NCBI GenBank assembly: GCA_016936905.1
Contig: JAFGWZ010000123.1
Location: 1-44,683 of the forward strand
From: Deltaproteobacteria bacterium
GTDB taxonomy: Bacteria; Desulfobacterota; Syntrophia; Syntrophales; UBA6807
Direction of reading: 5' to 3'
DNA: 44,683 nucleotides
In this document: positions 39,121-44,683 of the stretch, piece after piece
Layout of the letters: every line of letters starts with the position of its first letter
Position numbering within the stretch: position 1 is the first letter of the stretch
Program-made: the position numbers and the translations under genes
The notes under the pieces: model-generated
Databases searched by the model: none
What the model saw: only the letters and a program-made list of their open reading frames with translations
What the model was told of the DNA's origin: nothing

Positions 39121-39244
39121 GAGGCTGTTCAAAAATGTCCAGATGCAAGGCGCCCGAAATCCCGAGTAGTGAGGCGTACTTATGGTACGTCGCAGCGACG
39201 ATGGATGAGGGAAACGCAGCAGATGGGCGTTTTTCAACAGCCTC
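39121..39244. mobile_element. MITE-like element with GAGGCTGTTCAAAAA / TTTTTCAACAGCCTC TIRs
   Basis: 15-nt TIR with one mismatch; 124 bp; no transposase. Confidence 0.8.
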
Positions 39245-39293
39245 GTAAGTAGTGACATGTTAACCGAGTGATGCCGGCGAGGAGTTCGATCTT

Positions 39294-39857
39294 ATGAAAC
39301 GATATAGTTTGTGTGTCCTTTTGGTTATATTGATTATCTGTTCTGGTGGGGCGGTGAATGCCTTCGCCGGGGAAAACAGATATACCATCGGTCCCGGCGA
39401 CGTCATAGAGATATCCGTATGGAAAGATGAAAGCCTGACCAAGCAGATTGTCGTGCCGCCGGACGGCGTCATTGCGTTTCCCCTGATCGGAGATATTGAT
39501 GTGACTGAATTAACGGTACCACAGTTGAGAGAAATCGTATCGAAAAAAGTGAAGGATTTCGTGACCGACGCCACAGCCACGGCTATGCTCATCAGCGCCA
39601 ACAGCATGAATGCCTATGTAGTTGGGAAAGTAAATAAGCCGGGGCAATTCTCCATCACAATGGATACGAATGTCATGCAGATTCTTGGCATGGCGGGTGA
39701 CTTGACCGCGTTCGCGTCGCCGGATGACATTATCATCCTCCGTGAGGAAAAAGGAAAGGCAATCACGATCCCCTTCGATTATGATGAAGTGAAAAAAGGG
39801 GAAAATCTGTCACAAAACATCAAACTTAAACGAGGAGATGTTGTCGTGGTGCCGTAG
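39294..39857 (+). CDS. Polysaccharide biosynthesis/export protein (short Wza/OPX-like: PES + SLBB)
   Basis: YTIGPGDVIEISVW, V.PDG.I.FPLIG, VVGKVNKPG, L.RGDVVVVP. Confidence 0.92.
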   Translation: MKRYSLCVLLVILIICSGGAVNAFAGENRYTIGPGDVIEISVWKDESLTKQIVVPPDGVIAFPLIGDIDVTELTVPQLREIVSKKVKDFVTDATATAMLISANSMNAYVVGKVNKPGQFSITMDTNVMQILGMAGDLTAFASPDDIIILREEKGKAITIPFDYDEVKKGENLSQNIKLKRGDVVVVP

Positions 39858-39875
39858 GCACCAATCATGATCGCT

Positions 39876-39910
39876 GAAACTCGAAATACTAAAAAAGAAA
39901 TACGAAACAA
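39876..39910 (+). repeat. Purine-rich heptamer arm upstream of the four-helix-bundle gene
   Basis: GAAACTC GAAATAC TAAAAAA GAAATAC GAAACAA; complementary to 40273-40307. Confidence 0.75.
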
Positions 39911-39916
39911 TTTCAA

Positions 39917-40108
39917 ATGACCAAAATCCTGAATTCCACACAATATGACCTCGAAGACCGAACTTTCAATTTTGCAAGGGATGTCAGGCGTTTTGTTCAG
40001 AACTTACAAAAAACAATGTCTAACATTGAAGATGGAAAACAACTGACAAGATCGTCAGGTTCAGTCGGTGCAAACTACATCGAGGCGAATGAAGCGTTAA
40101 GTAAGAAG
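39917..40108 (+). pseudogene. Four-helix-bundle (23S rRNA intervening-sequence protein family) gene, 3'-truncated
   Basis: YDLEDRTFNFA...KQLTRSSGSVGANYIEANEALSKK; similarity stops where the 40108 element begins. Confidence 0.85.
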
Positions 40109-40259
40109 GTTCTTCTCCCATTTAGTTGCAAAAGGGGATCCGAGGGTTCAAGGATTCCAGGGTTCAAGTGTTTGTATTTTGATCGGCATTTCACTTGAAT
40201 CCTCGACCCCTTGATTCCTTGAATCCTGGGAAAAACAGCAACTTTTTCGGAGATGACCC
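40108..40259. mobile_element. Octamer-repeat hairpin MITE-like element
   Basis: Ends GGTTCTTCTCCCATTTAGTTGC and (revcomp) GGGTCATCTCCGAAAAAGTTGC; internal inverted octamer arms; second copy at 7074-7252. Confidence 0.8.
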
Positions 40260-40272
40260 AGCAAGAGAGACT

Positions 40273-40307
40273 TTGTTTCGAGTTTCGATATTCGTATTTC
40301 GTATTTA
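40273..40307 (+). repeat. Pyrimidine-rich heptamer arm closing the four-helix-bundle cassette
   Basis: TTGTTTC GAGTTTC GATATTC GTATTTC GTATTTA. Confidence 0.75.
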
Positions 40308-40328
40308 TAGAAAAAGGGGGGTTCACCA

Positions 40329-41483
40329 ATGCGTATCAGATACCTTCAGTGTTTGTTGCTTTTTGCCCTGATGTTTCTTTTCATTGGACCTTCGTATGCT
40401 GCCGAATTCACTGTTAATCCCTCTCTAAGTCTCCGAGGAGAATATAACGATAATATAGATTTCTCCAGAACGAACAAGAGGGACGATTACATCGGAACGA
40501 TCAGTCCCGGCCTGGAGCTCGGCTATGGTACCGATCGTATTAATGTCAAGGCGCGCGCCGGTGTCGATTTTCTCCGCTATCATGAGTATACCGATCAAAA
40601 TACGGAACGGCAGAATTACACCGTAGACGCTTCTTATCGGGCATTCGAGCGGTTCACGGTCAATGCAAACGGATCATATACAAAAGATACCACCCTCGAT
40701 TCCGAACTCCAGGAAACGGGCATCGTGGAGCGACGTTCGGAGAGGGAAAGCTACAGCGCCGGTGGTGGCATTTCCTACCGGATAAGCGAAGTATCTGATT
40801 TATCAATCAATTACACATTCTCAGAAACGGATTATGACCTGGACACATATACCGACTCGGAGGGGCACGGCGTATCCTTATCCTATGGTTACACATTCAA
40901 TAATCGTCTGGACACACTATCGATCAGGCCGTATTGGAATAACACCGATTCAGAAGACGATAAAATCGACACATACGGCCTTTCACTCGGCCTGAACCAT
41001 CAATTTACCCCGACTTTCAGCACAGGTATCAACGCAGGCGCCCGATATACGGAAACAGAGAACAACGCTGGTGTAACAGACGATAACTGGGGGTGGACAG
41101 CCGACGTCAGTGTAACAAAAACCTGGCAAACCGCGTCGGCAAGCCTGAGTTATAGCCATGATTTGAGCTATACCGCCGAGGGAGAAAATGTTGACGTCGA
41201 CAGATTTTCGCTGGACTCGCATATAATGATGACACAAAAGTTTGGTGTTCGGCTTTCCGGATCACTGTATTTTACAAAATCCACCGGCCGTATTACACAG
41301 GACAGAGATGTTCGATACTATCATATCAGTCCCTCTTTCTTCTATAACATCACCCAACATCATTACCTGGAGCTTGCGTACAGTTATGCCAATGAATTCG
41401 ATAAGAAACTCACCGACGATCGTGAACTGGATCGAAACATGGTATGGCTCACGCTGAACTTCAATTTCCCCCGGACGTGGTAG
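40329..41483 (+). CDS. Outer-membrane beta-barrel protein of an EPS export locus
   Basis: Signal peptide, PSLSL..EYNDNI, ISPGL, many Tyr/Ser/Thr-rich strands; lies between OPX and co-polymerase genes. Confidence 0.85.
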   Translation: MRIRYLQCLLLFALMFLFIGPSYAAEFTVNPSLSLRGEYNDNIDFSRTNKRDDYIGTISPGLELGYGTDRINVKARAGVDFLRYHEYTDQNTERQNYTVDASYRAFERFTVNANGSYTKDTTLDSELQETGIVERRSERESYSAGGGISYRISEVSDLSINYTFSETDYDLDTYTDSEGHGVSLSYGYTFNNRLDTLSIRPYWNNTDSEDDKIDTYGLSLGLNHQFTPTFSTGINAGARYTETENNAGVTDDNWGWTADVSVTKTWQTASASLSYSHDLSYTAEGENVDVDRFSLDSHIMMTQKFGVRLSGSLYFTKSTGRITQDRDVRYYHISPSFFYNITQHHYLELAYSYANEFDKKLTDDRELDRNMVWLTLNFNFPRTW

Positions 41484-41522
41484 TTGAAAAAAGTGAAAGA
41501 ACAGTCATAAATTCATTATTTA

Positions 41523-41538
41523 TGGCACCAATATTGCT
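41523..41538 (+). promoter_or_regulatory. Sigma54 (-24/-12) promoter
   Basis: TGGCAC-CAATA-TTGCT, GG-N10-GC spacing, preceded by an AT-rich stretch. Confidence 0.7.
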
Positions 41539-41662
41539 TTACATAAATGGTTCTAGTGTGGCCATAGCGGCCACACTATTGACAGCAAAGGAGAGATTAC
41601 ATCTTTTACAACTAATTCAGAATGGGGACACAGGAAATCGTATACGGGCAAACGGAAACCTC

Positions 41663-41743
41663 ATTCCTTGAGCCTTGAGCCGATTTGACATTGTGTTAAC
41701 AGGCCCTTCGGCCCGTAACACTTGCCACGAACCACTTAACACT
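41663..41743 (+). repeat. Pyrimidine-rich heptamer arms upstream of the co-polymerase gene
   Basis: ATTCCTT GAGCCTT GAGCC; TAACACT TGCCACG AACCACT TAACACT. Confidence 0.65.
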
Positions 41744-41792
41744 TTAGTGTTCGACATACGAAGCATCTCGGAAAGGGAGCCATCAATCAGCC

Positions 41793-43529
41793 ATGATCAA
41801 CGTCCAGTATATTAAAGGTTTAATCAGACGACGTATTGCCGTCTTTCTACTTGTCTCGATACCGGTTTTAATAATTGCAACGGCCATAGCTTTCCTGTTA
41901 CCGCCGATTTACGTCTCAAAATCCACCATTCTTGTCGAATCACAGCAGATTCCAGAAGAGTATGTAAAGTCAACCGTGACGGGATATGTGGAAGAACGGC
42001 TGCAGACCATAACTCAGCGCATTCTCAGCCGGCCGAATCTGATAAAAATCATCAATGAATTCAATTTGTATTCAAAAATGAGAGAGCAATACGCCAGTGA
42101 AATAGTACTCGAAAAAATGCGGAAAGATATTAAACTCGAAACAATCCAGGCCGGCGAAAAAAGAGGAAGAGGCTCAACCACCATCGCGTTTACATTATCA
42201 TACGAAGGGGAAGACCCGGGAACGGTCCAAAAGGTGGCCAACGTCCTGGCCTCTCTGTACCTTGAGGAAAATCTGAAGAAACGGGAAGCTCAGGCAACGA
42301 GAACCACTCAATTCCTTGAACAGGAGTTGAATCACCTCAAAGAACAGATCGATGAATACGGAACAAAAATCACCAAATTCAAACAGGCCCATATAGGTGA
42401 ACTGCCCGAATACAACCAGATAAACCTTCAGGCATTGAATCAACTCCGCCGCGACCACGAACAGAATTCTGTGCAGATTCGATCACTTCAGGAAAGAAAG
42501 GTTTATTTGGAAGGACAGCTCGCCTCACTGAAATCTGTACCTACAATATCAACGACAGATGGCGAAACGGCTGTGACATCAAGTCCTGAAGAACGCCTCT
42601 CCGCGCTACGGCTGCAATTGATCACTCTTCGATCGAGCTTATCTGAGAAACATCCCGATGTCATCAAGCTGGCTCGAGAGATTGCGGAACTTGAAACACA
42701 GGTTGAGGACACAAAAGGTACATCGACAAAAGTCAGGCGAATGAATGAACTGAGACAAAAGCTCTTGACTATGAAAGCGCAACTCGGCACTCAACATCCT
42801 GATGTGATCAAGCTTTCCAAAGAAATCGACGCGCTTTCCGATGAAATTGATCAGTCCCGCAATGGATCATCGAGATCCTCTCTGGTACTGGATAATCCTC
42901 AAGATCCTAATGTACGAATGATGAAGACACAATTAGAGACGATCGATATTGAAATGGGAAATCTTCTGGAAGCACAGAAGAAAATTAAAAATAGCATGGG
43001 ATCATACCAGCAGAAGATTGAAAAGGCGCCACTCATTGAAAAAGAGTACAGCAATTTGTTGGCCGATTACGAAAACGCAAAACTTAAGTACAATGAAATT
43101 ATGAGTAAACTGCTTGAAGCACAAGTGGCAAGAGGAATGGAAGAAACACAGCACGGTGAGCGGTTTACCATCATAGAACCTGCAATCAGACCGGAAGCTC
43201 CGGAAAAACCCGATCGAAAGAAGTTCCTTCTCATGGGATTATTCCTCGCGTGCGGTCTCGGCGGAGGACTTGCATATGTTAGGGAAACGATGGATCACTC
43301 GATCAAGGCAGCATATGAGCTGAATGGAATGGCCCACATACCTCTTTTATCATCGATACCGCTTATTGAAACGGATGAAGAGGTGGCACGTCGAAAGAAG
43401 AAACGACTCATGGCAACGTCGTTATGTGCTGGTGGACTCTGCATAGCCATCATTGCCATCCATTTCTTGTATATGCCCCTTGACATTCTGTGGCTGAAAA
43501 TCCAGAAACACCTGATGATCACCTTTTAA
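41793..43529 (+). CDS. Polysaccharide co-polymerase / chain-length determinant (Wzc/GumC-like, kinase encoded separately)
   Basis: N-terminal TM, LPPIYVSKSTILVE, long coiled coils with HPDV, FTIIEPAIRPEAPEKP before TM2, extra C-terminal TM. Confidence 0.9.
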   Translation: MINVQYIKGLIRRRIAVFLLVSIPVLIIATAIAFLLPPIYVSKSTILVESQQIPEEYVKSTVTGYVEERLQTITQRILSRPNLIKIINEFNLYSKMREQYASEIVLEKMRKDIKLETIQAGEKRGRGSTTIAFTLSYEGEDPGTVQKVANVLASLYLEENLKKREAQATRTTQFLEQELNHLKEQIDEYGTKITKFKQAHIGELPEYNQINLQALNQLRRDHEQNSVQIRSLQERKVYLEGQLASLKSVPTISTTDGETAVTSSPEERLSALRLQLITLRSSLSEKHPDVIKLAREIAELETQVEDTKGTSTKVRRMNELRQKLLTMKAQLGTQHPDVIKLSKEIDALSDEIDQSRNGSSRSSLVLDNPQDPNVRMMKTQLETIDIEMGNLLEAQKKIKNSMGSYQQKIEKAPLIEKEYSNLLADYENAKLKYNEIMSKLLEAQVARGMEETQHGERFTIIEPAIRPEAPEKPDRKKFLLMGLFLACGLGGGLAYVRETMDHSIKAAYELNGMAHIPLLSSIPLIETDEEVARRKKKRLMATSLCAGGLCIAIIAIHFLYMPLDILWLKIQKHLMITF

Positions 43530-43535
43530 GCGTTG

Positions 43536-43711
43536 GAAATCGACGATGGAAAGTGGACAACAGAAAATGGCACTCGGACATTTGAAAAAATACATCGAAT
43601 ACAAAAAAACCGCCACACGGAATTCTGAATGAGCAATTGCACAAACCGGGAACCGAGGGCTGGCATTGGGAGCCTGATTCCTTGTTCCTTTCACCTTTCA
43701 CCTTGAACCTT
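43536..43711 (+). repeat. Purine-rich and pyrimidine-rich heptamer arms between co-polymerase and kinase genes
   Basis: GAAATCG ACGATGG AAAGTGG ACAACAG AAAATGG; GAGCCTG ATTCCTT GTTCCTT TCACCTT TCACCTT GAACCTT. Confidence 0.7.
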
Positions 43712-43728
43712 TGGAGAGGGATAACATA

Positions 43729-44562
43729 ATGAGTAAACTACGAAAAGCACTGGATAAAGCGAAACAATCCCGTCAGCGGGATGATTGGGAACATTCTGAG
43801 ATGGTTCACACAACATCTCCATCTGAACAGACGATCACGATGCCTGAAAGACGGAGAGACGATACAGCTTTCGAAAAGGTTAATCCTTCATATCATCAGA
43901 CAAAAGTGTATCCCATTAATTTTCAAAATCTCGAAGAAAAACGCATTATCTCAATATGCCACGGAAATGTTGTCGCCGATCGAATAAAGATTCTTCGAAC
44001 ACAGGTCCTTCACTCTCTGCGGGAAACCGGCGGCAATACACTCCTCATTGCCAGTTCCAATTCCGGAGAAGGGAGAACGGTAATGGCCATCAATCTCTCT
44101 ATCGCACTCTCACAGCAGATAGACGGCACGGTCCTTCTTGTTGATTCCGACCTCAGAAAGCCAGCCATACACACTCTTCTGGGACTTGATGTCGAGAAAG
44201 GCCTTTCCGATTATCTTCGCGGCAAGGCGGAGATTGCAGAACTCCTTATCAATCCCGGGATTCCCCGACTTGTCATCCTGCCGGGCGGTAAACCACTCAC
44301 CAATTCCTCGGAACTTCTGGGATCCCCGAGAATGAAATTTTTAGTAAAAGAGCTGAAGGAGCGTTATGCAGACCGAATCATTGTTTTCGACAGCTCGCCT
44401 CTTCTCACAAGTGCCGACTCCCTGGTTCTTTCACGCTTTATTGACGGTATTCTGATTGTCGTCGAGGCGGAGAAGACGAGCAAGGAAGACCTGAAAAACA
44501 CGATGGAACTGTTGAAGGAACGTCCCGTTGTGGGAACCGTTTTTAACAAAGCACGAGGGTAA
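43729..44562 (+). CDS. CpsD/CapB-family BY-kinase homologue (degenerate Walker A)
   Basis: MSKLRKALDKA N-terminus, ILRTQV, SSNSGEGRT, LLVDSDLRKP, IVFDSSP. Confidence 0.9.
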   Translation: MSKLRKALDKAKQSRQRDDWEHSEMVHTTSPSEQTITMPERRRDDTAFEKVNPSYHQTKVYPINFQNLEEKRIISICHGNVVADRIKILRTQVLHSLRETGGNTLLIASSNSGEGRTVMAINLSIALSQQIDGTVLLVDSDLRKPAIHTLLGLDVEKGLSDYLRGKAEIAELLINPGIPRLVILPGGKPLTNSSELLGSPRMKFLVKELKERYADRIIVFDSSPLLTSADSLVLSRFIDGILIVVEAEKTSKEDLKNTMELLKERPVVGTVFNKARG

Positions 44563-44575
44563 ACGAACATCCTCC

Positions 44576-44683
44576 GGGAACAAGGGTTCAAGGGGTCGAG
44601 GGTTCAAGGGGGCAAGGATGCAAGGAGTCAAGGGGTCGAGGATCCAAGGGTTCTAGGGGTCAAGGATTCAAGGGGGCAAGGAT
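44576..44683 (+). repeat. Octamer tandem array GGNNNCAA (13 full units, runs off the window)
   Basis: GGGAACAA GGGTTCAA GGGGTCGA GGGTTCAA GGGGGCAA GGATGCAA GGAGTCAA ... Confidence 0.9.

Noticed and set aside
40109-40198. C-terminal 29 aa of the 39917-40198 ORF as real protein sequence
   Set aside because: Derived from the inserted repeat element
39917-40307. Diversity-generating retroelement (avd-like gene)
   Set aside because: No reverse transcriptase or TR/VR pair in the window
44576-44683. CRISPR array
   Set aside because: 8-nt period with no unique spacers and no cas genes in the window

Overview
Bacterial chromosomal window; gene content and repeat types suggest Desulfobacterota/Syntrophales-like Deltaproteobacteria (inference). 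Left half: a minus-strand run of mannose-family PTS IIA/IIB/IIC (no IID), rimI, pyrK, pyrD and an MBL hydrolase; a Nudix gene; a small Cys-rich sigma70-region-4 protein; and DUF2889-cmk-rpsA-sppA(frameshifted)-enoyl-CoA hydratase. Middle: an M48/TPR protease, then a compact peptidoglycan-editing cluster resembling the Helicobacter/Campylobacter cell-shape machinery (Csd6-like L,D-peptidase, membrane coiled-coil protein, Csd4-like M99 carboxypeptidase, bactofilin, YvcK/GlmR); then an EamA transporter, glgP/pgm, livKHMGF, moaA, a methyltransferase and an AmmeMemoRadiSam enzyme. Right end: the start of an EPS/PEP-CTERM-type export locus (TPR lipoprotein, Wza-like, beta-barrel, Wzc-like co-polymerase, BY-kinase homologue with a Walker A K-to-R change). 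The most unusual signal is non-coding. Many spacers carry degenerate 7-8 nt tandem arrays with a recurring polarity (purine-rich after stop codons, pyrimidine-rich before RBSs), with complementary partners both locally and kilobases apart. One pair brackets a truncated four-helix-bundle (23S-IVP-like) gene. Several modular MITE/REP-like elements are also present. No rRNA, tRNA or CRISPR array was seen. All calls are from motif recognition by eye, without database searches.
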